Shown here: in pieces, positions 51,975-64,000 of the stretch
Layout of the letters: each line of letters starts with the position of its first letter
How positions within the stretch are numbered: position 1 is the first letter of the stretch
Source of the DNA: Octopus sinensis
Taxonomy: Eukaryota
Assembly (NCBI RefSeq): GCF_006345805.1
Contig: NC_043009.1
Location: 31,372,001-31,436,000, forward strand
Reading direction: 5' to 3'
Length of the DNA stretch: 64,000 nt
Notes under the pieces: generated by a model
Seen by the model: the letters and a program-made list of their open reading frames with translations, nothing else
The model's database searches: none
Told to the model about the DNA's origin: nothing
Translations under genes and position numbers: made by a program

Positions 51975-52370
51975 TAATGATAGTGTTAATTGCGAAAGAA
52001 AGCAAATGATGCTGGATCATAGATTATAGCATGCCCACCTGACACCAAGGTATGCACTAAGGAAGAAAGAAAAGTCGATGTATATGACAGGTTAGCTTGG
52101 GTGGTTAAGCAGTTGTGGTCGATGGAAAAGGTAGCAGTAGTACCGATAATTGTCGGAGCCCTGGGAATAGTGAGTAAAAATCTCAAGAAGTACATGGAAC
52201 AAATAGGGGTTGCAATAAAGGTGGAGCACTTGCAGAAAACAGCACTGCTTGGAACCGTCTGAATACTCCAGATGGTGCTAAAAAAATAACAGGTGTTACC
52301 TTAGTTCACTGGTATTGAACAGCTGGCACCCTAGTACATCTCCAGCGTTAGAAGCTGGGCAAAGACAATA
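51975..52370 (+). mobile_element. R4/Dong-type 3' fragment (second family)
   Basis: VVPIIVGALGIVSKNLKKYMEQIGVAIKVEHLQKTALLGT; flanked by (TAA)n. Confidence 0.82.
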
Positions 52371-52839
52371 CATAATAATAATAATAATGATAATAATAAT
52401 AATAATAATAATGCTTTCAAATTTTGGCACAAGGCCAACAGTTTCATGGGAGAGTTAAGTTGATTAGATCTAGTTCTTAATTTATTGACTCAGAAATGGT
52501 AAAAGGCAAACTCAACCTTGACAGAATTTGAACTCTGAACCTAAAGTCAGATGAAATGCCACTCAGCAGTTTGTCTGGCATGCTAATGATTCTGCCAGCC
52601 CACCAGTAATTAACACTATAAGGCATTTCATCCAATGCTCTAAGGATTCTTCTAATTTGTCACCTTGCTCATGTCCTGCATAAATGCCTTTTCTGGCAGG
52701 TGGAAGGTCTAATATAGAGGGACCTTCATGTGCCCACACAATCCTTATTGTTGGTATTATTGAGAACAGATCATAACATTTCTGTTTCAGCAGATCTAAG
52801 GTGATGGGGTGGAGTGGGAGATATCAACTAAATACTGGA

Positions 52840-53500
52840 AGACAGCTCACTAATTCATTCCTGCAGAAATATTTCAATCTGCTCAAAGACCCATTGCACA
52901 CACCATTATGTAGATTTTGGATGGGTAGTATGGGAGAGAATGGTGCTTGGTTCTGGAAGTAGGTTTTCTTGTCCATTTCCTTTGATCAAATCAAAGTTCC
53001 TGTTGTTGTTGTTATTGTTGTTCTCATTGTTCCTGGTGTTGTTATTCAGCCTCAGAAAATGGAAGATCAAAGACCTTCTCGCTGTGAACATTCCATAATT
53101 CATTTTGCATTTGTCCTTCCCTCTAAAGATGGTGGACTTTGATAAGAGGGATGTTTCTTAATAAGTTCAGTAACCCCTATAAGGTTCCCCCCTTACTCCC
53201 TTACGCTAAAATGTACAAGAAGGATGCAGTCAATCCAGACTCCGTACTGTTTAATGTTAAGGCCAGCTGGAGCAATACAATGTGCAGATATCTTCTTGTG
53301 ACAGTCCATTATAAGGTAATGTCTCTTCAATGGAAGCATTAATGTTGTTGCATAATCCTCGACCCACTCTGATTGAGCAGATGAGTAGAGCTAAGGCGAA
53401 AGATGCTCCAGCCATGACCATCCCTTCATTCAGCGAGCCAAGAGTATCTTGGAGTAAATTTTTGCAAAGTGTCTTTCCTATTGTAAGATGGTTAGCTGTG
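52840..53500 (-). mobile_element. Very old LINE RT remnant (CR1/L2-like?)
   Basis: Minus strand KQYGVWID resembles RT domain 7 (KYLGV.ID); GC content is elevated and stops are frequent. Confidence 0.3.
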
Positions 53501-53729
53501 GATTTTCCCTTTTATTTGTTTCAATCATTAAACTATGGTCATGCTGGAGCACTGCCTTAAAAAATTTTTAGTCAAAGAAATCAACCCCAGGACTTGGTCT
53601 ATTTCTTTTTTTAAGCCTGGTACCTATTCTGTCAGTCTCTTTTGCCGAACTGCTAAGTTATGGGGATGTAAACACCAACACCATTTGTCAATCAAGAGGA
53701 AATTGTGTTGTGGCTGTTGCTGGTGTCAT

Positions 53730-54135
53730 GTAAAGGGCAACCATGAAATCATAATCATGGCTGTTGTCAGTAGTACGATCTTCAAATGTTGTGCCTCATG
53801 GAGGTGATGATAAATGACTGAGACCTTTGCAATATGCTATGCTTGAAAAGACTCGTCAAGCCAAGTGAAACCTTTGTCATGGTCATTGCCATGGTTATGT
53901 AAGTGACACACAGGAAATCGTAGTCATGGCCATTGCCATTGCCAGTGTCATTCGTGGCATTTGTGCCAGTGGCACATAAAAAGCACCCATTACACCCTTG
54001 GAGTGTTTGGTGTTAGGAAGGGCATCCAGCCATTGAAACCATACCAAATCAAACTGGAACCTGGTGCAGCTCTCCAGCTTATCACTTTCAGTCAAACCAT
54101 CTAACCCATGTCAGCATGGAAACCAGATATTAAAT
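53730..54135 (+). mobile_element. RTE-related 3'-end fragment
   Basis: GTAAAAGCACCCATTACAC..GGAAGGGCATCCAGCC..CCCATGTCAGCATGGAAAAC motif set. Confidence 0.65.
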
Positions 54136-54219
54136 GCTGAGTATATATATATGTGTATATATGTATGTGTATATATGTATGTATGTATATATATGAGTAT
54201 ATATATATATGTATATATG

Positions 54220-54292
<73 letters not shown>

Positions 54293-54326
54293 GTATGTAT
54301 GCATGTGAATATATATATATATAGTA

Positions 54327-54371
<45 letters not shown>

Positions 54372-54394
54372 ATATATATATATTATATACATAT

Positions 54395-55979
54395 ATATTA
54401 GGAGAGAGAAGTTCTTAGCTAAGAATAAACCATTATATTTTGCATTTGTTGATCTAGAGAAAGCCTTCGATAGAGAGTACTGTGCTGTGTGATATGGTGG
54501 GTTCTGAGGAGGCTGGAGGTAAGCGAGTGGCTTATGATGAAAGCTGTACAGGCCATGTACATAGATGCTCTCTCTCTGTAAGGTGAGAGTTAATAACGAG
54601 TACAGTGAAGAGTTTGGTGTACAAGTAGGCATTCATCAAAGCTCTGTCTTCAGTCCCCTCCTGTTTGCCATTGGTCTCCAGGCCATAACAGAGGAATTCA
54701 AAACCAGCAACCCCTGAGAACTGTTATTTGCTGATGATTCTGATTTCATAGCAGATTCTATATCTGAGCTGGAAAAGAAATTCCTGGTGTGGAAACACAA
54801 TCTGGAATATAAGTGCCTTAAGGTTAAATTAGCAAAGGTCAAGGTCTTAGTAAACAAGGAAGCAGACAGGACCCTACTCACTTCAAATAAAGTGACCCTG
54901 CTCAATGTGTAAGAAAGGTGTAAGCAGGAATTTCATATAGTGTACCCTGTGTAAGCTGTGGACACACAAGAGATGCAGAGAAATAATAGGTAGGTTACCA
55001 GAGAAAGTAGTGTTTGTATGTGGAAGATGCACAGGAGCCATAAAAACTAGGGAAACTCTGGAAATTGATATTCTTAAATGCTGCAGAGGCTGATTAGTAG
55101 TAGAGGATAATTTCTGCTACTGAGGGGACCAAATTAGTATTGGGGGAGGATGTACAGAAAGTGGAATAGCTAGAATAAGAAAAGTCATGAGAAAATTCAG
55201 AGAGCTGTTTCTTTTGTTGGCACCCAAATGTTTTTCTCTCTGAGAAAAAGGAAGATTGTATGGTGTATGTATACAAACAGCAGTTCTACATGGTAATGAG
55301 ATGTGGGGCCCTGAATGCAGAGGACATGTGAAAGCTGGAAAAGAATGAGGCTAGTATGCTCCATTAGATATATAATGTAAGTGTACTTGTTTGACAGAGT
55401 GATGGTGTATTGAGAGAAGAGTTAGGCATAAAAGGAATTAGATGCAGTGTGCAAGAGAGAAGACTGAGCTAGTTTGGTCATGTGATACAGGTGGATGCTG
55501 ACAGCTCCATAAAGAAGTATCAATCTCTCAAAGTGGATGGAACAAGTGGAGGAGGAAAACCCAGGAAGACATGGAACAAAGTACTGAAGGATGATCTCCA
55601 GTCACTGAACCTCTCGGATGAGATGACAAAGGCCTATGATACCTGGTGCCTTGCTGTACTCAAGAAGACCTGTATCCCACAGCAGAAATGTTAAGGCCAC
55701 ATCCCTTGGTGAGAAGGACTGACCTGCAAGAGTCCTCTGTCGATGCCATGTAAAAGCATGTATGCAGCATCATATTAAAAGCACCCAGCACACCCTGTAA
55801 AGTGGTTGGCATTAAGGAGAGGCAGCCAACCATAGAAATTAAGCCAAATCAGACTTGAATTTGGTGTTGCTCCTCAGCTTGCCACCTCTGGTCAAGCTGT
55901 TCCACCCATGCCAGCATGGAAAACAGACATTAAAGAATGATGATGATGATGACGATGATGATGATGATGGTGATAATGA

Positions 55980-55985
<6 letters not shown>
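54395..55985 (+). mobile_element. Older degenerate RTE LINE copy
   Basis: [40 protein letters not shown] and GGGKPRKTWNKVLKDDLQSL; multiple stops and frameshifts; (GAT)n tail at ~55940-55985. Confidence 0.9.
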
Positions 55986-56028
<43 letters not shown>

Positions 56029-56510
56029 AATATACATGATGGATTCCTTTCAGTTTCTGGCTACCAAATTCTCTCACAAATCTTTGGTCAGCCTGAGGTT
56101 ATACTCAAAGTGTCATGCAGTGAGACTGAACCCAGAACCATGCAATTGAGTAGCAAGCTTCTTACCACACAACCACACCTGAAGATTCCATGTCGTAAGA
56201 GTTTTCTAGTTGATTACTTGTTTTGTCTTATACTACTGGTGTGACATTTCAGGATGAAGACTCTAAGACAATCATTTATGGTTCACATATAGGAACAGTT
56301 TAAAATGTGGTCATTGTTTTTTGTTATCAACATATTCCAAAGAGCTTTGTAACTTTGTTAGAAACCAGCTTGTTCCTCAGAGGAAGATTTCAAAGAATTA
56401 AAAACAGAAGAGAACATGTGTGTGTGTGCGCGCATATCTAAATGTGTGTGTGTATGTATATATATTATATATATATACATATATATACACACACACATAT
56501 ATAGACATAC

Positions 56511-56547
<37 letters not shown>

Positions 56548-58417
56548 TACATATATATATATATACATATATGTAAATAAATGTCCATATGTATATCTGT
56601 CTATCTATCCATCTATCTATCCACCTAACTATACATATGAAAAGGCAAGGAGAGACATAGAGGAAACGATGTATTTGTATGTGTGTATATGTGCGGGTAT
56701 CTTCAAGCAAATTTTCCATCTGATATTCAATTATGTATTGATCAGTTACAGATTTCTATAGATTAATATTAGAACTGAACAAGATTTCATAATGATAACA
56801 CTATAGAGATAATGGAATGGGAGAAGTAGAATGGTTTCTGAAGTGATTCTGCGAAAATATCAGAACTAAAAACTAAAACTGACATGGATATATTGCGTCA
56901 GCTTAATAGGAAATATATTCGAATAAGATTTACCGATAGAATTTTATGGAAGAATTTCTGAAAGAAATCTTAGCTTAATGGATTTCTGGAGGAATGTACA
57001 GAAATTAGTGATAATTGCTTGATTAAGAGATGCAGCTGGCCAAGTCATTAGGATATTAGAATATTTCCCTACTCGTGTGAATGATATTGAACCATGTTCT
57101 GTTCTTAGCAAAGACATGATTGGCATAAGAAAAGATGAATTGTTATTATGCCTGAGACATAACTAGGGTCATGGGAATTGATGAGAATTGTAGCATTACC
57201 ACACATCATCTTTCCTCTGTGTAGAATTAATGGAATCATTATTAGACATGGCCTTTTGTCCATCTACAGCAGTATTTCTCAAAAGGGGTTTGTATAGGAT
57301 TCTGAGGTTAAAACTTATGTGCAATAAATTGCTTACATTTCTAAGATTCACAAAACATTTTAACAATTTCTAATAATATTTAATCACAAAAATATAATAG
57401 GACATTTTAAACACCAAATGGCTGTGAGGGTCCATCGAAGTAAATTAGGAAATAAAGGGGTTCACAAGCAAAAAATAAAAAAGTGGGGTCTGAAAAAATC
57501 ATTAATCTAGAGTTGATAAACCCATAACCTGACATCATTTTTTGTCTGTGTAGAGTCAATGAAATCCTTATCAAACCTCATCTTTTGTCTGTCTATATAT
57601 AATGAGTCTAGACACTACATCATATTCCATTTGTCTGCTTTGGTATGGTTTCAACAGCTGGATGCTCTACAGAATGCCAACCCCTTCACTGCATGCACTG
57701 GGTACTTTTTCTCATGGCACCAGCACTAGTGATGTCACTACATAACTTGCAAGACTACAAACCCTGAGCAAGGTAGCCTTATTCTATTCTCAATCAAGGA
57801 GTGGATATCTAAACCATCTGATGCTTCATACTGACACAGTTCCAAGCAATCAATTCTGTTTTTTTATGACAAAATTATTTCAATAGAAGAGAATCCATTA
57901 AAAATACCACTTGAGGATTAATTATTGGCAGGAGAGAAATGTGTCAGTTTTTCAGTTGATTTAGGAAAAGGATAATTTTTCGTCACTTTCTCTAATAAGA
58001 CAGATTAAACTAGAAATTTAGATTTTACTGTCCAATTATTAAATGATGGACTGCAAATATAAAAATCGAAATCTTAATAAAATGTAAATTAAAAGAAAGA
58101 CTAAACACACAAATAGATTTAAAGATTTTGTCTCTCTCTAACTAAATTTCGATTAATTTCTAAGTATGTTTAGATTACTGGAAATTTCTTAGAAATGCAT
58201 TAGGACATGCTCTAAATCTTCCCATGTGAGACTCCTCCACCCATCCCACTCCAAAATAAAATGTTTTAAAACAAAATATACAGGAAACACTGTTATATGA
58301 CAGAAGGACAGGAGGAGGAGGAGTTGGAGGGATGATGATGTTGACAACATCAATGATGATGATGGTGATGATGATGACAACGAGGACAATGATGGTGGAG
58401 ACAACAATGACGACGAC

Positions 58418-58448
<31 letters not shown>

Positions 58449-58829
58449 GCTGGGATTTGGCGGGGTTTACTATAATAAATTGAATTTTTAGTACATTTTT
58501 ATAACTGATAAAATAATATTGCTCCCACCATCTTTGACACACAACAGCACGCAACGAGCTCTAGCACAACTAGCTTTAACATCAACACAACCTGCATCAA
58601 CTCACAACAGCACACAAGAAGTTCCATCTAACACACAACTATGATTTAATATGCAACTAGAAGTTTATCTAACATGCAGCTGCACACAACAAGCTCTACC
58701 TAACATACACATGGAATCTAATCTACAAATGCACATAAGAAGCTCAAACATCCAACTGCATGATAACAGCATTTTCTAACATGCAGAGGCACACCAACAG
58801 CTTTAGTTAGTATGCCACGCTATGCTTCT

Positions 58830-59345
58830 GGCCCTGCACATAGAGCTACACACAAGAAGTTTCATCAAACGCACATCTGTATTCTCACTTATCTGGCCCT
58901 ACATATAGCTGCATACAAGAAGTTCTATTTAACACACATCTGCATTCACACTTATCTGGCTCTACACATAACTGCACACAAGAAGTTCTATTTAATACAC
59001 ATCTGCATTCACACTTATCTGGCCCTACACATAGAGCTGCACACAAGAAGTTCTATTTAACACACATCTGTATTCACACTTATCTAGCTCTACACATAGA
59101 GCTGCATACAAGAAGTTCTATTTAATACACATCTGCATTCACACTTATCTGGCTCTACATATAACTGCACACAAGAAGTTCTATTTAACACACATCTGCA
59201 TTCACACTTATCTGGCCCTACACATAGAGCTGCACACAAGAAGTTTTATGTAACACACACCTGCATTCACACTTATCTGGCCCTACACATAGAGCTGCAC
59301 ACAAGAAGTTCCATCTAACACACATCTGCATTCACTCTTATCTAT
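58830..59345. repeat. 63/65-bp minisatellite (~8 units)
   Basis: CAAGAAG starts at 58853, 58916, 58979, 59044, 59109, 59172, 59237 and 59302; degenerate precursor sequence at ~58545-58830. Confidence 0.92.
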
Positions 59346-59500
59346 ATCAGTGTAGAAACTCTTCGATATTCTGGTGGAAACAAAATACAGACATTTATAA
59401 AGTAAATTTATACATAATTTTGGAATTAATAAAAGGGAATCGCAGAGCAATAATTACAGAGAGCTGATGGTGATATGGGATATTTGTGCTCATAAAATAC

Positions 59501-59598
59501 CAATTTAGAACAGAAATAATGTTGTTGCAATCTGATGAGGACACCGCTAATAACAGCCTTTCTCTCTTCTTTTACCAACTCCACTGGCTGTTCCATTT
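59501..59598 (-). CDS. Candidate exon of an unidentified host gene (phase 1 to 0): (E)MEQPVELVKEERKAVISGVLIRLQQHYFCSKL
   Basis: Acceptor cacttcttaatttcaacag|, donor TTG|gtattt; open frame; phase-compatible with the 38466 exon. Confidence 0.35.
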
Positions 59599-60204
59599 CT
59601 GTTGAAATTAAGAAGTGCCATTGAATATATTGAGAGACATGAGTTAATAGCAGGTTCATCTGCAGCTAATGATTTGACAGTCCACGTCTTGATCTTGATT
59701 AGGTGTTACAGCCAAGATATTTATCTCATTTGTAAGTGAGATCTTGTGATTTAATTGGCCCCAGTATGTGACAGGTAGAAGGTCAGAAATTTTTCAGGAA
59801 TCATGTAGTGAATATAATCGACAATTTATTTATAAATTTTACTAGTAAATATTTCACTGGCCCCTAATAATAAAAAAAAACCACCCTTACTAAACTAGGT
59901 GTACTAGAATAGTGGCATATTCAAGTGGTTCCTGACTTTTGACTATTTGGTTATCAAGGCCCCTTTTATTTAAATGAACCCTACAGCTTCCAGTCTTTTG
60001 AAAAGTCTGTCAACTCGGAGAACTGATTATAGTAACAGCAAACTCCTTTTCACCCATTTCATCTTTCAACTGAAAGATAACAAGCTGACCTGCCAACTCT
60101 ATTTTATTTCAGATTGAAAGGAGACAGATAGAACAATGCTTTCAACTCTCCCTGTTAAGCATTGCTTGTCTCAGTTGACTAGATTGCAGTCAGCACTTGA
60201 AGGT

Positions 60205-61450
60205 AATGTGGGAGCTGTCTATGCAGTAAAGTTTTGTGTTAAACTGAGCAAAAACATTATGGAAACTTATGAAGTGCTCCAGACTGGGATTGTATTAACT
60301 CGTATGAGCTGAGCAGCTGTTTTCTTCTGGTATAGGATGCCAGGCAAAGCAAGTCCACCGAACTGTCTATGATGATTCCTTTTTCTTGACCTTTGGCGAT
60401 ATGCTGTGCTTTAGAAGACCCGTCAAGCCAACTGAAATCATAGCCATGGCTGATGCTGATGTCACCTAATTGCCAGTGGCATGTAAAATAGCACCTTTTG
60501 AGCATTTGGCCTCACCCAGTCAAAATGACTGAGCTCCTTACGAGCATTGGGCCTCATGGGGGCAAAGTGACTTGAGCTCCTTTCGAGTGTTGGGCCTCAT
60601 GGGGCAAAGTGACTGAGCTCCTTTTGAGTGTTGGGCCTCACCCAGTCAAAGTGACTAAGCTCCTTTTGAGTGTTGGACTTCACACAGGCAAAGTGTCTGA
60701 GCTCCTTTCAAGCGTTGGGCCTCATGGGGGCAAAGTAACTGAGCTCCTTTTGAGTGTTGGACCTCAGAGCGGCAATGACTCAGGCCTTTGGCATTATGTT
60801 GTGCTTGAGAAGAAGACCCATCAAGTTGAGCAAAATTGCAGTCATGGAAGATACCTGTGTCATGCAAATGGCCCCCATGCTGGTGGCATGTAAAAGCACC
60901 CATTACACTCTCAGAGTGGTTGGCATTAGGAAGGGCACCAAGCTATAGAAACCATGCCAAATCAGACTGGAGTCTAGTGCAGCTTGCCAGCCCTGGGTCA
61001 AACTGTCCAACCCATGCCACCATGGAAAACGGACGTTAAATGATGATGATGCTATGATGATGAAGGGACTCATCTACATCTGCTGGATTCCTTGTGGCCA
61101 GACATTCAAGGCAAAGAGTTCTTTGTAGAGGTTTTGAGAGGGTTCAGGAAGAGATTTAGTCACAAATGGCCAGAACACCTGCACCTGGACAAAGCATCCG
61201 TCCACAACTCAATCCTGGTGACCAGCCTACTTGACACAGATGCACATCAAAATTCTCATCCCTCACTCACCCAACAGATCAGACTTGGCTCCCTGTGACT
61301 TTTGGTTGATCCCCAAGCTGGGCAAGGTTGGGACAAGGGTCCTGGACACCGTCACTTTGGAGGACTTCCATGGGGTCTTCATGAAATGGCTGGAATACTA
61401 GAAACCAGAAAATTAAAGTCAGGGGATCATTCTACTTTGAAGGAGATTAG
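60205..61450 (+). pseudogene. Mariner transposase remnant split by a nested RTE-tail insertion
   Basis: N-terminal YAVKFCVKLSKNIMETYEVLQT at ~60215-60285; C-terminal HLD..VH, DLAPCDFWLIPKL (61282-61320) and YFEGD* (61433-61450). Confidence 0.8.
60345..61062 (+). mobile_element. RTE-related 3' fragment with a ~42-bp tandem array, nested in a mariner remnant
   Basis: About 7 units of TGACTGAGCTCCTTTTGAGTGTTGGGCCTCA(cccagt/tggggg)CAAAG at ~60490-60780; RTE tail motifs and (GAT)n at ~61040-61062. Confidence 0.7.
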
Positions 61451-61683
61451 AGCTCTGTACTTTTTTTAAATTAATAAAATGTCTCTCCCGAGAAAAGTCT
61501 AAAATCCTCTGGCCTGCAACTGCAAGTATAACTGTCTATAATTGTATGTGAATGTCTGCTGCTGCTACCCACCATTTATCCTCCTCCTCATCATCTCCAT
61601 TATCATCCATCATCACTATCAACATCGTTGTTGTGATCATCTCAAGTGCCATCATTGTCGGCATTATCATCATCATCAACATT

Positions 61684-61726
<43 letters not shown>

Positions 61727-64000
61727 ATCATCATCATCATCATTATGTTTTTCATCACCATCACCAACATCGTCAGCATCATCATCATCCTCCATCATTA
61801 TTATCAACACCACCACCAACACCACAGCCACCACCACTACCACCAACACCATCATCATTGTTTAACTTCTATTTTTACATGCTTGCCTTGGTCAGATGGA
61901 ATATGTCTGTATTCACATCTCACCAACCTGTAGTAGTTATAATAGTTTAATAATAGTTTAATAATAATTGTAACAGAAAATATGAAATTAGATTCTTTAC
62001 TAATTCTTAAGAAGGAAAAGTGTTATTTAAAGATTAATTCTTTCTAGAAGAAAAAAGTTATTAAATATTCATAAGGTTTTATTTTGGTTCATTAATATTT
62101 CTGAATATTCCCAAAATTATTACTATTGCTCCTCCCACTTCCTCCTCCTCCTCCTCCTCCTCATCATCATCATCATCATCACCATCACCACCATCACGAC
62201 CATCACCATCACCATCATCATCATCGTCATCATCATAATCATCATCACCACCATTACCACCATCACCACCATTACCACCACCACCACCACCACCATCACC
62301 ATCATCATCATCCTCTTCTCTTACCCATATCGTAGCTGCCTCCAATTAGCAGCTTCCAACACGTCAGACACCCTTCATATGTCATTCATGTCTTTCCAAA
62401 TGGTTTGATAATAAATGTCAGCTGTACCAAGTGAAGAATCCTCAACAGAGCAAAGGTAGTGAACCAGCAAAAATGCTAATGCAATGGACAAACCGCTGAT
62501 AAGCATTTTGACCAGCTTTACACTGGGTTCAAATTCCACTGCGGTGGACTTTGCCTTTCATATTTTGAGATCAATAAAATACGTAGCAGGAAGGCAGGTG
62601 GCTAAGTGGTTAGGGTTATGAACTAATGATAGCTAGAAGAGGGGTTTGATTCCCAGGCCAGGTTGTGTGCTGTGTTTCTGTGCAAAACACTTTGTTTCAC
62701 ATAGCTCCAGTCCACTCAGCTGTAAATGGATCACCCTGTGATGGAATAGCTTACCATTTAGGGGAATGTGGGACTGCTTGCCTCGCCAGTGGGATGACAG
62801 TATTCAAAAACTAAAATGATGCAAAGTGCATTGTAACCAGCGATGTATAACATCATCTGATAATCCGTTCAGTACTGTGATACCATGACAATAAGTACCA
62901 GTTGAGTACTGGGGGTCGATTCAATTGACTTACACCCTCCCTTAAAATTGCTGGCCTTGTGCCCAAATTTGAAATTATTATTTACAAAGCAATGCACCCA
63001 TTTATGCTCCACTCTCTAAATAAACTTATTCCAAAAACTATAAAAATATTAAGTACTTATCTTTTTTTACACCTCTGTCTACCTTAGCGAATGATAGAAA
63101 TGACTTCTTTCCCCCACCCTTTTACTATACCATTACTAGAAGTAATTAATTGACTGTTTCTAATTGGAATTATACATAAACAGAAAATTAGTCCCATTGA
63201 AGCTAATATTTGTGTGATTTGGGAGCACCAGTTCAATTGTTTAATTTTGTTGCTCAAGTTTCCAAGTTAGACCCTGCTGGGTTCTTTTCATAGAGGATCC
63301 AGCTGGGTTAACAGCCACATGCTATATGGTCAAGGGAGTTATCTCAATGAGATGAAGACCGACTGGGACACTGTTTGACAGGTCAACGAAGAAGGCCTGA
63401 GAATACACTGACAAATGGTGAATACAGCAGCACACTGCAATGGTGCATGTCCACACACCTGACTTGACCTGATGCCAGTTGTAGAGAAATTACTGGGGAA
63501 GTTCAAGTTATACTGTTATTCCGTGGGTCATTCTTTATCCTTACAAGCAAGAGAGAAGGAGACAAGCTGGCAAAATTGTTGGCATTCCAGACAAAATGCT
63601 TTGTGGCATTTTGTCTCTTTATATTCAGACCTCAACAACTCCTTAGTCTTGGTCCTTTTGGGGGTTAGGGTTAGGGTTACTTTAAAATAAGTAACAGTCA
63701 AATAAAAAGGGTCAATGTAATTGACTTTCCCCCTCAAAAAGAAAAAAAAAAGGGGCTAGTCCTGAACCAAAATTTGATACCAAAAGTTCATAGCTTTTAA
63801 TTTTTTTTATTATTTTTTTTTTGTTAGTGATGTTAAAATTTGAGTTTGATGGAATAGAATATATAATTTTGTTTACTATACTTTTATTTAAATGAGTTCT
63901 GTTTCAGATATAGAGTCTGGAGTGTCGTTATCATGTAACAGACACCTGTAAAGCATTGGTGACACACCTATGAAAATCTTCCCAATTAAGTATGAGTTCT

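Noticed and set aside
56944-57220. ~70-codon open frame on the minus strand
   Set aside because: Several ORFs of this length are expected by chance in the window, and the splice sites and phase are ambiguous.
62320-62430. Possible selenocysteine exon (DMNDI*RVSDVLEAANW) upstream of a strong gtaaga donor
   Set aside because: It matches no selenoprotein motif I know, no SECIS was identified, and equally plausible frames exist on the plus strand.

Overview
AT-rich, microsatellite-dense eukaryotic DNA. The repeat landscape is what I associate with Octopus or another coleoid cephalopod: (TA)n, (TAA)n, (CAT)n and (TATG)n tracts, tRNA-derived SINEs, RTE and R4/Dong LINEs, and Penelope-like elements. 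This taxon call is an inference and was not database-checked. Most ORFs in the supplied track are microsatellite translations. The protein-coding signal is mainly transposable elements. (1) A Penelope-like element (RT plus C-terminal GIY-YIG) at 13.8-17.6 kb is arranged as a 3.7-kb palindrome with two ~1.36-kb inverted arms, each carrying a variant minimal hammerhead ribozyme. (2) A young 5'-truncated RTE LINE at 40.2-43.0 kb has a single nonsense codon and a 62-bp tandem array in its 3' UTR, and an older RTE copy lies at 54.4-56.0 kb. (3) Several R4/Dong-type RLE LINE pieces all sit in (TAA)n, including an internally deleted bipartite copy at 49.7-50.8 kb. (4) There are also an L1/Tx1 3' end, a probable solo LTR, mariner remnants, a 265-bp palindromic MITE-like element and many SINEs. 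Four different hammerhead-like motif types (six copies) and two pre-miRNA-sized hairpins are visible by eye. A chain of phase-compatible minus-strand exons (59.6, 38.4, 33.6, 29.7 and 28.9 kb) suggests an unidentified spliced host gene, with low to moderate confidence. Repeat boundaries are approximate unless given to the base.
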